Shown: one piece after another, positions 1-19,246 of the stretch
Layout: every line of letters begins with the position of its first letter
Numbering within the stretch: position 1 is the stretch's first letter
Source: Selaginella moellendorffii
Lineage: Eukaryota > Plantae > Lycopodiophyta
Direction of reading: 5' to 3'
Assembly (NCBI RefSeq): GCF_000143415.4
Contig: NW_003314367.1
Location: 372,001-436,000, forward strand
DNA length: 64,000 nucleotides
Notes under the pieces: model-generated
What the model saw: the letters and a program-made list of their open reading frames with translations, nothing else
Told to the model about the DNA's origin: nothing
Databases searched by the model: none
Translations under genes and position numbers: made by a program

Positions 1-3000
1 CGCCAGCCGTGTACTTCTCCTGCGGCCACCTGAAGCGTGCTCGTCGGCCTCATAACACTCGGTCTGAGTCGCAACTTTGCGAGGCCTTCTCCTTGAGTAG
101 ACGGCCTTGTTCATATTGCGCTTCATTTGTATATCGTCCACGTCCAGGTCCTCACTTGCCTGCTCTTCCTCGGGCTTGTAAGCATCCTCCAGCGACTCAC
201 TGTTACTTCCTGGTGAAACCTCTTCGTGGTAATCAGGGTCATTGTCACCATCTGGAGCTTCTCCATTCTGTAAGGACTCATTGCTCAGAAGAGTGTGATT
301 CTGCTCTCGTCTCTGCTGTTCGTCAAGGTAGTCAGCTGAAAGAGACCTCTCCGACTCGGACTCGCTAATGATCGCCCTTGCCACCACCTTTGTGTCTCCA
401 TTTTCTACACGAGTCGCTTCAAGGCCTTTCTTGGTATCACAAGGAATGTCTACCAGTTTATCCTCGTCGGAGCTGCTGCTGCTGTGATAAGGCATGCGAG
501 CACGCTTGGCTGCTTTCCCCTTCTTCCATATGTATCCCTGTTTGTCGTCAGACGAAACAGCTTCAGTGGGTTTCTCGTCCGCGATAAAACCATCTGTTTC
601 TGGATGACTGTCATTAGCCTCGGCCACGGGGACCTTAGAAGTGCCTTGTTCTGGTATTTCGAGGCTCCGAAAAGTATCCTCGTTGTTGAACGTTTGTGCA
701 CAGTTTCTCAACTTGAGTACTAACTTTCGCTGAGACCTTGGCCGCCTGCATTCACCCACGTCCGAAGTCTCTGCGGGACTCTTCTTCGGAGGTTCATCGT
801 CTTCAGGTTCCTGAGTTTCTGTAAGAACTTTCCCGTTGCGTAGAAGCCTCTGGTTCTCGTTCTCTCCAGATGTACCAGGTCTTTTGGCATCCTCAGCGGC
901 CAGGCGGCGTGCTTCGTTGTCTTCATACTCATGTAAGCTCGAAAACATGGTCAACGCATTCCGAGCTGCCATCCTCATAGGCCTCAATGCATGGTCCGGG
1001 TTTGACTTTCTTATCCGCTTTCTAGACCTCAGCCTCTGCGTTTCCTCAGGCATCAAAAGAGCATTGTTTGACTCCTCCAAGCGCCTGCGCTTTTGCTTCC
1101 TCACCAAGGTTGCGAGTATCTGTAGTGGACAATCACCATTGAAGTTATCAGAGACGCAAAAGCTGGACGTACGTACCTCTCTCTTCTTTTTCCTTGTTCT
1201 TCGGTTACGAAGCCCATCAGAATCGATTTCGTCAATTTCTTTGTCGGTTGTTTCCGATTCACAGATCGTACCACTTTCTTCATTTCCATCCTCGTCACTC
1301 GAGCTTTCTTCGCTCGCGCAGTAATCAGAACCAGAATCGTCACTCAATCCAGTCACTTCTTCATCCCAGTCCATTGCCTCACCATCCGCCGGTTGTTCTA
1401 CCCATCTGTTGCCTTGCTCGTTTGTTTGCTCGATTGCTTGTAGAGCGGCAACTACTGCTTGAGGCTGATCTTGAGGAATGAACGCTGGATCATCAAACGT
1501 TCCCACTGCGAGCTGAACTGATGGTGGTTGCCAGTAGCAACCTAGGAGTCCCAGACGACGTTGCTGGTACGAACTTTGATAAGGTTCTGGATAGGGAATC
1601 AAGCCTGAAAATGAAACAGAAAAATAAGTTGGACGAGGTGAGAAGTCACCAGCTTACTTGCATCGCACAAGAGATCTTGAAGATTCCTTTGATGAGGAGG
1701 CAACTGAGTTTCCTGTAAAAGAAAGATACTCAGTTTTTGCAAGAACAATACCGGAAAAGAACAACACTCAGGACTAAAACTAAATAAAAGCACTTACATC
1801 ATTTTATTTACCTGATCGAGAACGTTTCCATGAGTATCTCGAACAAGAGGCCGATAATCTCCAAGAAAAAACTAAACAAAACCCGAAAAACAAACAAACA
1901 AAAAAAAGCTGTTAGGAGAAGGAGATGAAGCTAATCTTCCTGATACCTGGTCGTATTTCGCATCTTCGTCGTCTTGACTTGGTGGTGCTCCCGTAGAAAA
2001 AAGGTAGACCTGGCCGACCTCATCGGAAACAACCAATGAGGTTCCATCCCTGAAAATTGGCAAACATGAGAACAGTATATGGATATGAGAACAAGCTTAC
2101 GGTGAAAAGTTGCCATCGACAAGATTATAATCTCCCGTCTCAAATGTCCTTACTGGACGGCCCTCCCAGATCTAAAACAAAATTCGTGATCATTTTTTTT
2201 GAGCGAATACACTTACATCCCACACAATAACTCGGCCATCATAGCCCGCACTCATTGCAATGCGAGGATTGCATGGATGTACATCTAGCACGTAAGTCTA
2301 AATAACAGATGTTAAGAAAGAATGGAATCAATAAATTCCATTTCAATACCTGCTTGGTATGGCCGGTTAAACAGTGCACCAGACTGCCATCAACCGCATT
2401 CCAGACACATATCCGGCAATCTGCACATCCATGTTATTCCATAAAATTAGTTCGTGAGGTATCTTACCCATAATCGCGGCGAGTACAAAACGATTGTCCA
2501 AACTCCAGACTATCATATTAACACCTCGAGGAGTCGGAAGCAGTTTTTGTCGAGGTCCACCAGTTCGAACGGGAGGCTGTGGCATCGGAGGGGGCGGTAC
2601 TTTCAAATGATAAGCTTTCACCCACCGACCTAGCTTCAGCTGGAGGAAAGAGGAGCAGTCATGGCATTAGTTACACAGAAAGAAAGGCCATGCACACCTG
2701 TTTCCTAGGACGAGGAGACCAGATAATAGCAGTGCCGTCTCTTGAGCAAGTAACTATGCTATCTTGAGGAAACCTGAACAAAACCAATGTTAAAACCAGA
2801 TAGCAATGAGCGGCACAGTATACCAGGTTGTTTTGAACTTCGGTATGTTGTCAGGGACGTTGTCATCCTTCAAAAAGTCGACGGGAGAAACTTTGATTGG
2901 CTCTGCACAACCACTGGAACAAAGGACGATTGATGTCAACGAGGACCAAGCCAAAGAGGCGAACCTGAACTGCACGTAGTTAACTACATTCTCGTGTCCA

Positions 3001-4802
3001 CTAAGAATGTCATGCTCATGATTTGGCCTTCCGGTGTACTCGTCCGCCCACTTTCTTGCGTCCCAAACCTGTTCCAGCAATTGTTAGAAATATAAAAAGT
3101 CCACTTTAAATGCTTACCCTGGCAAGCTTGTCCGAACTCCCAGTGACAAAGTATGAGCCATCTGCATTAAACGCACAGCACTGAATCTGATTTGTAGCCT
3201 GTGCTCGATTCTCAGCTCCTGCAGCTGGAAACAAGCTTTTAGAAGACCAAAAAAACATCGGCAGACTCTTTACATTCGGGTTCGACATCCGGCTTCGGCA
3301 TGTAGACACGTGAATTGACAGAAGAATCCCGAGCATCCCAAATACGGCATGTTCCGTCTTCAGACGAACTTGAAACCACGAGATTTTAATACAAGTATAG
3401 TGGAAAAACCAAATTATTAACACTTACGATAGAAGATGGTGCTCACAGCCCGGTCGAGGACTAAATTTGATGGCTGTTACGCCCGCCGTGTGGCCACGAA
3501 GTATTGCAACCGGAACACCATCTGGTAATCCCCACTAAAGGCAGAAGCGAAATAAATCAAAAGAAGAAACAAAAACACAACAAAGGAATACTTACAACAC
3601 GGATGGAGGAATCGTTAGAAGCTGATGCAACTAGAGTGTTCGAACTACTTACAGACAAATCGGTTATATCCCCCTAAAAGCCAGGTTTTAAGCACAATAT
3701 TCGAAACGGATGCAGAAAATAGTACCTCGTGTCCTCTACAGCTACGAAGGCAAAGTCTATTTTCTACGGACCATATCTTCACAAGCCGGTCGTCCGAGCC
3801 AGTGACAAGATACCGTCCAGTACGATCAAAAACGGCTGCACGTTTATCGCTTCGTTAATAGGTCTTGAAAATCAAAAAGAAAAGAAACACATACCACAAT
3901 ATACCGCATTACGATGACCCCTTAGCACCTGGATGATTCTTATTCTGTTCACCAGTACAGATGGCTTGATGATAACATGTTTCACAGTCCGTGTGGATGG
4001 CGGTCTGTGATGCTTTGCAAATCCACCACCAAGTTCACGGAACGCGAGAGCATGAACTTGGTCAGCTTGCCAATGCGGCCATCGCATTTGTTCTATTCTC
4101 TTGGTAGAGATACTAGTAGCATTGCTTTGCTCCGCTGTATGAAGTTTGCTCGGATCAGCAACGGCAAGATTCGAAAAGCACACGGCTTACATTCCAAAAG
4201 CGAGAATGCTCCTGACCCCAAAAGCGTAGGAACGTCCGCGGCGGTCAATTGCTTGGGAACTTTCGCATCAAGCAAGGACGCGGACTTGTCGTGAACAAGT
4301 AGTTGCTGCAAGAGCTTAACCAAGTGGTTGTTGTCAACGTTCTTATATCTGAAAATCGAAAAAAAAAAATCCATCCTTTTGTCAGCAAGACAAACCAAAA
4401 AAACAAAGAACTTGGCGACACACAATACCTCTCGGCAACTTGCGCGTAGCTGAGTGGGAACGACAAACCATCGTCATTCTCGTCGGCGGGGGGAGTCCCA
4501 TTCCTGGAGAAGAATCCATGGTACCTCCGGGGCAAGAGCTTGTGCTGTAGGAGCTCGTTCCAGAGCTGGCCAGTGGCTCTCTCGCAAGGGCCGCTCCTCA
4601 GGAAATGCATGATAAGGAAATAAACCTCCCGGAGATCCACCTCGATCTCTTCGTCCACCTCTGTAGCTTCAGCTGGCAACGGCAATTTGCCGCTGCGCAG
4701 ATCCCTGAGTGGAATCGGCGGAGGCATTGGCGGCGGCGGCAGCAGCGCCGGCGCGACGAGGGAGGAAGCGGCCACACGGACCGCATCTCCCTTGCACAGC
4801 AT
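1..4802 (-). CDS. Bromodomain and WD40 repeat protein (BRWD/PHIP-like), multi-exon; 3' end lies left of the window
   Basis: Exons encode the family N-terminus (EVYFLIMHFLRSGPC...LLPRRYH, HLVKLLQQL) and WD40 repeats (LRGHRNAVYC, FVTGSSDKLARV, LSGHENVVNYVQF, VNMIVWSLDNRFV), followed by an acidic/low-complexity region. Bromodomains are not within the window. Confidence 0.88.
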
Positions 4803-5047
4803 CCTAGAACATCGGGAGGAAGCAAGACAGAGAAATCGCTGGCAGGCGCGTTAGGGCGGATTGGATCTAAGCCCCGTCATAGCTGAATTGCCGCCGCCCC
4901 GCCAGTGAGGCGCGCCGCGAGCTTACCGCAATCGAGCTGTGGAGTCGCCTGCCAAATCTCTGCTCGCCCTTCCCCACAAACTCACAATAACCTAATTAGG
5001 TTTTTGCCCAAGAACCCTAATGCTTTTAGCCTTTACAAGCGTTTGTT

Positions 5048-9301
<4,254 letters not shown>

Positions 9302-9418
9302 TGCCCCGCCCAAAAACCCTAACACTCACACGCAAGAGAGATGGACAAATTCCAAAATCTCCAAGAACCCTAAAACAGGGGAGCTCCTATAAAACACACA
9401 AACTGTACAGGGATGTCT

Positions 9419-10532
9419 CTAGAATTTCTCGAAGAAGGGTCGCAAATCCAGTTCCATGGTCCACGCGCTCTTGTCTTGGCAATGCAGCTGCCAGAAGCTA
9501 TCGGCGACGGCATCTGGGTTTAGCCCAGTTTGATCATTGGCACTGCTCAAACGAAGAATTGGAGAAATCGTCAAATCCTTCTTTCGGGGCGGAGGATTTC
9601 TTACTTCTGCGACGAAGCGATCATACCATCGATGACAACGTGAGCGACGTGAATCCCCTGCGGCTGGTATTCTCTCGCCAGGCATTGCGCGAGACCTCGC
9701 AGGCCAAACTTACCGCAAGCTACAAGATCAAATCTAGGATCAAATCACAGATAGAGGCAGAAGATCCATACCAAGCTCTGCAAAACCAGCGCTTCCTCGC
9801 AGCGAAGCAGTGGCGCCAGTGAAGAGAATGCTTCCTTTTCTTCGCTCGACCATGCCTGGCAGCACCTACATTACAATCGCGACAAGGAAATCTTGAGCGC
9901 TAGCCCCTTTAAGAAAGATTCGCGAAGACGACGATCAAAGAAATAAAAAAGAAGAAGAACCTGTTGAGCACAGTAGAACGCGCCCATGATTGGCACCGTG
10001 ATGGATCGCTCGAAGGACTCGGGCTTGACGTCCGTGAACTTGGGAGGCGGCCATGGAAATGGAGTGTTGGTATTAAAGACCTGGGAGGAAGAACACGCAA
10101 GAAAAGTATCAATCAAAATCAATCAAGTCTAGCGAAAGAATTCTTGGAAAGCTGCTGGATCGGTTGCGAGGAAGGATACGTCACACTGCTCTTACCAAAG
10201 TCTCCACCGCGCCGAGCGAGTGGACGGCCTCGAATGCCTCCTTGACGGACTTGCCATCGGCGCAATCGATTCGAATCGCCGCGACCTGCGCCTTGGCCTC
10301 CTTCTCCACGATCTCCTCGGCCAATTTCATGAGCTTCTCTGGATCACAGACACAGATCTGATCATCGTCCCGGCGGCGCTGCGCGGCAAATCGATTGGAT
10401 TCACAGACCTAGGTTCCGGGAGAGAATGGCGACGATGTAGCCCTCGCGAGCAAACCTCCGCGCGATTGAGAGGCCCAGGCCAGGCCCGACGCCCACCACC
10501 GCAGTGACGCGCCGCGCGATCTCTCCTCGCAT
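9419..10532 (-). CDS. Short-chain dehydrogenase/reductase (Rossmann fold), atypical active site, multi-exon
   Basis: MRGEIARRVTAVVGVGPGLGLSIARRFAREG; ILFTGATASLRGSAGFAELACGKFGLRGLAQCLARE; HVAHVVIDG; ends AWTMELDLRPFFEKF. GT-AG introns join the exons. Confidence 0.88.
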
Positions 10533-10743
10533 TCTTCTCTGCCGCGAAGCAAAGCTTTAGGCAAGAACTCGAGAGGAGCACGAGAGACCTCCCCCGGCAG
10601 AGATGCGTACCTCCGTATACATGAGATCTCTTTCAAGGTAAGATGCTCTGGAATATTCTGTTCTTAACCTAGCGCCATTAAACCAATAAACCTAAACCTT
10701 TAAACCCTAAAGCCCCTTCCTTTTATCCCCTTAAGCGCGAGCT

Positions 10744-12176
<1,433 letters not shown>

Positions 12177-12387
12177 AGTCTGGTTTCCATCTATGCACTT
12201 CGTTTCGAAGAACCAGTGATGGACCGAGGAAGTGATTCTATTGACAAGAGGTGTAAATTATATGCAAGTTTTGTGCTGCCACTTACATTATCAAGACTCA
12301 CACGGAATCTTGTCCAAAGCTGAGTGTTTTCTTGTACGGTCAGTCCTCCTTTGAGAAAGATAAGTTTTAAAAGTTAGATTGGCGATC

Positions 12388-12447
12388 ATGAAGCGCTCAA
12401 ACAAGAGGATAGAGTCCATCACCCAAGATGATACTTTGGAGATGATT
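12388..12447 (+). pseudogene. 60-bp fragment of the F-box gene 5' end
   Basis: atgaagcgctcaaacaagaggatagagtccatcacccaagatgatactttggagatgatt is nearly identical to 17374-17433; homology then stops. Confidence 0.85.
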
Positions 12448-13310
12448 ACATTTAAGAATTGAGGGAATGAAGGATTTTTGCAAATAAGAAATCCTAGAGA
12501 TTCTAGTAGGGATAACATGCTTGATGAGAGGGGCAACATGATTTCATAGTAGTGAATGCAAGGAAAAGAACTAGAGAGTGGAAATAAAATAAAGCTAGCA
12601 AAAGCAAACTAGATTGTTTGGGAGAAAGGTAGCTTGGTTGAAGAGAAAAATTAAAGTAATATGGTAAGGAAACCAAGAAAAGGACATCAAAGTGAGTTCA
12701 GGGAGCAACAAGCAATGGATTTTGTCTTGTGTGCTTAGTGCACAATGCTTTCTCTTGGAGTTGTTCTTGGGGTAAATTGCAATCAAACTGTGGTCAATCT
12801 TAGTCGTGCATGATGCGTGGGTTAGCTGGGAGATTGCAATCAGCAAGAAAAAACTTGTGCAAGCAGTGAAGCATACTTCGCTGGGACTCGATGCTCTCCA
12901 TGGAGCCGAGCTCGTTTCACAGGGACTTGGAATGGAGCAATGTAATCTCTAAAGGTCTGGGTGATCCAGGGATTTCCAGAGTGTGTTTGGAAATTAGTTC
13001 ATGTTATAGAAGGCCTGGCGGTGGATCGCAAGGGGTGGAATTCAAGAGCAAGCTTGACATGTTTCTGCAAAGGATGCATTACACTAATAGTCTTAAATAA
13101 GAAATATGGTTTTCTCTTCAAAAGATTGAAGGATGCTGCTTCTTTCTTCAAGTAAATTAGTCTACACTATGATTCTCTCCTGTTTCTCAGTGATCGCTGA
13201 AAAATCTGATCGGTACAAGTAAACTGAGATTTCTTTCTTTTTTGTTTTCTTCGTTATAAAAATGTCTTTTTCGTTTCGTTTTTCTTTTCCCTTTAGTTTG
13301 CTCTGAGCTT

Positions 13311-15835
13311 TCAAAGGACTGGCTCAAGCCCGTGCTTAAGTGCCGCTTCCCACACTAGATCAATGTGATCGATGTCAATGCTGCCAACTTCGTGATGCGT
13401 CCAATTCTCCAGCGCATGAACGAGACCGCCGGCGTGACACGCAGCAACCACCCCCCTGTCAAACGTATACTGCAAAAAAGCGCAGCAGAGCCACCAACAC
13501 AGAAAGAAGTGAGGAATCAAAGCGGCGGAGATGTCATCGAGCAACCAACCTCGCAACTGTGCACGCCCTCTACGCTCTGTGGCAGCTTCATCCCTGCCAG
13601 CTTTCCATACGTGCAGTCTTTCCTGTACTCGTGAACAGGAGGTACCACAAATTGATGAAAGTGGCTCCCATGCGGAGCCCAGCTCTGATCCTGGCTCGTC
13701 GCCCATTTGCCAACGATCCATGTCTGCGGGGAAAACGAACAAAGAAAAGCCTTTCTTCATCTGAAAAGAGGAAAACGAAGGGAAACTGTCACCTTGCACG
13801 TCTGACCGGCTTGGTACTTGGTCACTTGCACAAGATTATGTCGGCAGTCCGCCGGAGCTTCGTCCACTATGGACTGGTATCGCTCTCTCGAAGTGGTAAG
13901 CATCTGGAAAAGAACCTGGAGTGAGAAAGAAAGAAAAACCTGTGTGTGAAAGTACAATGGTACCATGATGCGGACGTTCCTCCTGCAGAGATAGAGCGCA
14001 ATTGCGCGGCCGATCTTGGATGTAGATCCGGTCAGAAAGACTTCGCTCGTCTCGGCTGGGAGCTCCCGCAAGACGAGCGCAGCTGTGAGTGTGTTCCCAT
14101 GGACAACACGGACTTTGAGATTCGGGTGCTTTTTCACGAACAGCAGGCCGCCACCATTGAGCGATTCATTCTGCAGAAAGCACGGGAAGTAGAAAACAAG
14201 AGCGCAGGAGATTTAGATGCTCACCTTGTTTAATGCAGCCAGGCTGATAACTTTGACGCCAAGCTCGTCCGCGTCCAGGATGGCTCGTTCGATGTGCCTG
14301 TTGATGCCAGCAGCACAAGCAGGAATAAAGTACTGATCCAAGAGAGTGTTAGCAACGCGAAATCCCACCACAAAGTTTCTGTCTAGCTTACATGGAATCC
14401 ATATCTCGGAACCACCCAGCTCTGTGCATGTAGCCCGTCGAGAAGATACTTTGTTGCCACAAAAGTTTTTCCCCATATCCATACACAGAAGCAGGAGACT
14501 AAGCCGATTGGGAAAACGAGCCAAGCGTACCACTCGCCTCTAAAAGGGACGCTCGAAGCGGTCCGGCCACTAAAAGCAACGTGCAGCGAGGACAATATGT
14601 CAATGCAATGGACCAGGAAAACGAACTGCGGGACAGCTTCTCGTCCTGGAAGCAAGTAGTGACGATAATGACAAAAAACTTCCAGGCGTACATACCATCT
14701 TTCCTGATCGATCTGTAAAACGCGTGAGTGTTTGGATGTTGCGTGCCACCTAAATAATCGTACAGCGGCATGAATAAACAAAAATTGGATTTGAGATCCA
14801 AATGGTGAAGAGAATGGTAGCTGCGATCAAAAGAAAAAACCAAACAAGTTTATTCTAGGTACTTATAAGAAAAAAGAACTTACGATGGTGTGTAAATCAG
14901 ATACTTGAGCAACGGAAGCTTCTGAAAAGCCCACAAAGGTACGATCTCGCAGTTGAAATGTCCCAAGTATTTGAAGAAGTCAAAAGCCAGGGGATACACG
15001 TAGAAGAGAGCTAGACAGCTTCCGCCTAGAAAACACGACGCAAAAATGGGTACAGACATCAAAACCGTCTGGAGAAGGGCCTCTAGGAAAGTGTGAGTAA
15101 AAGCTGCACGTCAATCACACGGAAAAATCAGCTCAGAGAACAAAGAAGAAAATCGGACTGTACTTAACCCGTTGCTGGCTCGGGTGCAGTAGAAGCATGG
15201 TGATAAGAATGAAAAGAACGAAACAAAGATTTCGTGTGGAAGGCCCGATGAAGCCAGTAGTAACCAGACTCGGTGACCCCGGCGTGGAAAGCGATCAGGT
15301 AGACGAGACCGCGAAGATTCCAAATGGAAAACCCGCTGATGTCATTGGGTCCAAGTGCGTAAGCCAGCAACGAGTGCAGGATAATTCCATTGTCGCTGAA
15401 AGAAGAAAAGACAATGCCATGAGATGGACAAAAACAAAAGGGAGAACGAAAGTTACCAGTCAAATTCTCGATCGACTTGCTCGTAAGTGAGAGCATAAGA
15501 TATGATCTGATGGTGTTTCACCACGGCGTGTAGACGAGCGAAGCTGGACCAAGCCTGGTACAGCGTGTAGCGAAGAGCAGCGATGACGAGAATGTGGAAG
15601 CACCAGTTGTCGCGGGGGCTCGTCCCCAAATAGTGAGAATGAGCAGCGCTCAAGAATATCGGTAGAAACAAGTGATACTGCAAAACAAGAAAATTGAAAA
15701 CCAACAAGGCCAGGCAGTCAGCAAAAGACTGGAGCCAGAAAAGAAAGAATAGAAGAAAAAAAAGGATTTTGTATTCACCTTGTAAGTGCCCATCCGCTGC
15801 CATGGCCAGCAGCCCAGTATCTTGCTCTCCTCCAT
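13311..15835 (-). CDS. CER3: ECERIFERUM3/WAX2-like cuticular alkane biosynthesis protein, multi-exon
   Basis: [10 protein letters not shown]; His boxes [17 protein letters not shown] and YHSLHH; [12 protein letters not shown]; [19 protein letters not shown]; CER3-type C-terminus [17 protein letters not shown]...[22 protein letters not shown]. Confidence 0.9.
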
Positions 15836-16277
15836 CCCTGCAGAGCCACCAAAAACGAAGAACAAGACCAACTAAACACAGAGACAAGGAAGTAGAAGAG
15901 AGGAACTCCGAAGGCGAAGAGAAGAAGAACAAGAAGAAGATGATGTGAGACGAACAAGAGAGCAGGAAAAACGAAGAAAAAAAGAACGCACTGACGGTGT
16001 GAGACGAGAGGACGAACAAGGCATCACCGCCCTGTAAAAGAATATGCTCTCCGGCAGTGAGGTGCGCGGTCACATGTCCGGTTTAAATGCTACGACCAAA
16101 ACACCAAACTCGGACAACCGGTTTGGTGAACCCGAGATCGAATAAACGAGACTCATTCTCGCTTTTAAGGTGGCTACCTTCAATCAATCAAGTTCTCGCT
16201 GCAAACAAGTGTCTGAATTCGTAAAGAACTATGTGACACAAACCTTTTCTAGCTTGTGACTTTGCTCTCCTACATGG

Positions 16278-17270
16278 CTAGCTCCGGGCCCCTTGTAAAA
16301 GATTTGAAAATGACGGGGATGGGCGATTGCGCATTTCCTCCTGTATCTTTTTCATTTCCTCCGGATCTGCGAGCACCACGACTCAGCCAAAGGAGGAGAA
16401 GCGAAAAATCAAGAACAAAAAGAGAACCAACAACTACAACGAAAGGAGGGAAAAGAGAAACGTAATTGCTTACCTATGTTGTCCATAAGTTTGGGAAGGA
16501 CGACAACGGCGATCAGCATAAAAGCCACCATCAATCCCATGGGACTCTTCAACAAGCCAAGGACTGAAAACGGCTCACGCTTCTGAAACGAAACAAACTT
16601 ATGTATCTTGAACAGCAACAGCAAGAAAGGATGATCACCTCGAAGTATTGCTCCTGTCTCATTGGCTCGAGCACCAAGTTACCGGAGAGAACTCTTCCGG
16701 TCTCGACCAGACTTGCTCTCACTTGCCCGTGCAGTCTTGCACTCACGTCAACCCGGAGCTGCACGAAGAAAGAATTTGTAAAGGAAAAAAATTTCGAGAC
16801 TCGACTGTAAATGTACCGGTGAAAAAAAAAATCCAGGCGCAGAGACTTCGATCAGATGTGTGCCTGCCGGAATCCCTTGACTAAATAAACGAAACCATGT
16901 TTTTCGAATAAGACATCACACAAGCATAGAAAGAATGAAATAAAACTAACAAGCTACTTACAAAGCGAAATAGCCATTCTTGAGTGGGAAAGTGATTTTC
17001 TCCCCTCCATTCAGCAAGAGCTTGACACTGGCAGGCTTCAATTGAAGATCTAGCGAATAAGAAGAGCAAAACTAGCAAATCGAAACGAAGAGAGGACGAA
17101 TCCATCATACCTTGCAATCTGATCGTCCCGTCAATCACATATCTCTCCTCGCCCCTGCGCTAGATCGCATCAGCCAGCAGAAAAGGAGCTGTGAGATCCG
17201 AAATCGCTCACCTGGCCGCGAAGAACCCAATCGCGAACACGCACAGCGCCAGAAAGACCGCCATCGCCAT
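16278..17270 (-). CDS. EMC7: ER membrane protein complex subunit 7 homolog, multi-exon
   Basis: Signal peptide MAMAVFLALCVFAIG; IPAGTHLIEVSAPGFFFSPLRVDVSAR; YFEKREPFSVLGLLKSPMGLMVAFMLIAVVVLPKLM; DPEEMKKIQEEMR. Confidence 0.9.
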
Positions 17271-17373
17271 TAGGGCACGAAAAACAAAGGAATATCCTTT
17301 AGTCTAGCAAAAAGGATTATAAAGGGTCGTTGAAATTAATATTATCTTTAAGGTTTAGGGTTGAAGCCAACGA

Positions 17374-18591
17374 ATGAAGCGCTCAAACAAGAGGATCGAG
17401 TCCATCACCCAGGATGATACTTTGGAGATGATTTTGAGCTTTGTGGACCTGGCCACACTATCGAATTGCTTGGTTGTTTGCAAGTCATGGAACTCCATCA
17501 TCAACTCACACACCTTTCGCCACCTGTGGTGCTGCAACGCTGGTGTCAAAGAGACACCCCAGATCCTGACAAGCGTCCCCGGCTCCGAGTACACGAGCTG
17601 GTGCTTGTACGCCTTTGGAGAGTCGGGCCACAGGCGAGAGCTCAAGCTACCCCCATTGCGGAAGCCCTATACTTTTGCTAGAATCAAGGCTTCCGCTGGC
17701 GGCCTTCTATGCGCCTTCTGCTTGCCACCACAAGCACGTCCAAAGTACCATTTCCTGGTGGGCAATCCACTCACCTGCGAGTGGATGGAGATACCAGCGC
17801 TGCAGTGGAAGGACGCAGAAGAAGCGACCATGGACTTTGCGATGTTTGTGGACGATGCCAGTGGTTTCTTCAAGCTGGGCGTTCACTGTGCTGCTGCAAC
17901 GGGGCACACTGGCTACGTATACGACTCAGCCACTCAAGCGTGGTCGGCATTGGGTATGCTGCACTTCTCGCAAGCTTACATCAAAGTGAGGACCAAGAGG
18001 GAGGAGCTCTGCAACATGAACCTTATACCCACATTTCCAGAAATGGACGACTTCTACTACGACATCACTACCCTGGGCATGTATGACATCCAACGTTGTG
18101 AGTGGAGTGTCGGGAGTGTGGTGCGCAACCTCAAGTTCACAACGGGCTGCGAAGGGCAATTCGAGGCTGGCAAAGGGGAATTCGACAGCCATGTGTGCTG
18201 TGTTTTGCCGCAGCCAGGCTTGTCCACATCGAGGCTGTGGGAGTACAATGGCCAGCGATACTTTGCAAGTGCCTGGGTGTATGCAGGGGTTACCTGTGAC
18301 AGAGATGATGGAGTAGATGGTTTTGGCGTGTGGACAGTTGAGAACAATGGAAGCTTGGTTGCAGTTTCCGCTGTGCGTGTAACCTACACTATAAAGGATC
18401 CTAAACGTCAGTATTATATGCTTCAAGTGATGACAGCCGCCGATGGCAACCTTGTCTGCTTCTCAGACGACGCTCCAGTTGTGGTTTACAACCTGAACAC
18501 GGACAAATGGTGCGAGATAGAGCCACCCCAGCTCACAGATCGTTTCAATGAAACGGTGGTTTATCGACCGTCTTTGAGGCGTGTGGCATGA
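17374..18591 (+). CDS. Intronless F-box protein with a putative kelch/FBA-like beta-propeller C-terminus (copy 1)
   Basis: 405-aa ORF; F-box DDTLEMILSFVDLATLSNCLVVCKSWNSII; ASAGGLLC, LVGNPLT..W..IP, YDSATQAW motifs. Confidence 0.88.
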   Translation: MKRSNKRIESITQDDTLEMILSFVDLATLSNCLVVCKSWNSIINSHTFRHLWCCNAGVKETPQILTSVPGSEYTSWCLYAFGESGHRRELKLPPLRKPYTFARIKASAGGLLCAFCLPPQARPKYHFLVGNPLTCEWMEIPALQWKDAEEATMDFAMFVDDASGFFKLGVHCAAATGHTGYVYDSATQAWSALGMLHFSQAYIKVRTKREELCNMNLIPTFPEMDDFYYDITTLGMYDIQRCEWSVGSVVRNLKFTTGCEGQFEAGKGEFDSHVCCVLPQPGLSTSRLWEYNGQRYFASAWVYAGVTCDRDDGVDGFGVWTVENNGSLVAVSAVRVTYTIKDPKRQYYMLQVMTAADGNLVCFSDDAPVVVYNLNTDKWCEIEPPQLTDRFNETVVYRPSLRRVA

Positions 18592-18694
18592 ACACCAATT
18601 CTGACGCAAGTTTGCTTTTATTTGAGACCGATTCTAAAGGCGGTCAAATGATATAGTGAATGAGGAGATGGTTTTAGTGTTTTTGGGTTCTAGT

Positions 18695-18777
18695 GCCAGG
18701 GCTCGCCACGCTTCCTGTGCTAGCAGCAGCAGCAGCGGTGGCATTGGGATGATTGAGCGCTCTCTTCACGGATGTAT
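18695..18777 (+). pseudogene. Eroded copy of the mTERF 5' coding end
   Basis: gcttcctgtgct-agcagcagcagcagcggtggcattgggat...agcgctctc...gatgt is colinear with 21374-21510; the upstream tttgcttttatttgagacc (18611) matches 21251. Confidence 0.75.
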
Positions 18778-19246
18778 TTGGAGTTTTTGTTTTGGGGAAA
18801 AAGTCTTTGCTGCCTTTCTGACAAACGTGACCTCTAATGTTGTACCGTCACCCCGGTATTAACGTCAGGAACAAGCTTCTCGCTTCTTTGCCGCCTCGAA
18901 GTCATGGCGCTCTTTTGAAGTAAGAAAATATTAAACTTTTCACAAATCCCCTGGGTCAAAGAAATAATCCTGGCTTCTTGAAATGCTGACAGTCCCATGT
19001 TTTTATCTGCCCCTTCGCCCGCAAGCTTTGGAAGCGAGAATTTACAAACTACAGTTCGAGACAATCTTACATCGTTCTCGACTCTGACCGTATCCGTGTG
19101 TAGAGTTTGACAGACAGTAGCAGGTAAGGAACATTGTCTCATGTAGTCGCGGTTAAGACTCAGAGTGTCTCGCGAACATGGTAGCTCAGAGTTGACGCAG
19201 TTCATTGGTACAAGCTCGGATTCGTGTACCAACTAGACGTTGTGAA

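Noticed and set aside
10703-10711. Telomere-like AAACCCTAA motifs near several gene starts
   Set aside because: Ordinary plant telo-box promoter motifs as single copies, not interstitial telomere arrays.
12450-13160. Possible LINE 3'-end relic after the F-box fragment
   Set aside because: Only vague W/C-rich translation; no motif I can support.
17292-17300. ATATCCTTT U12-type 5' splice consensus
   Set aside because: It lies in the 103-bp gap between divergent start codons with no matching branch point or acceptor.
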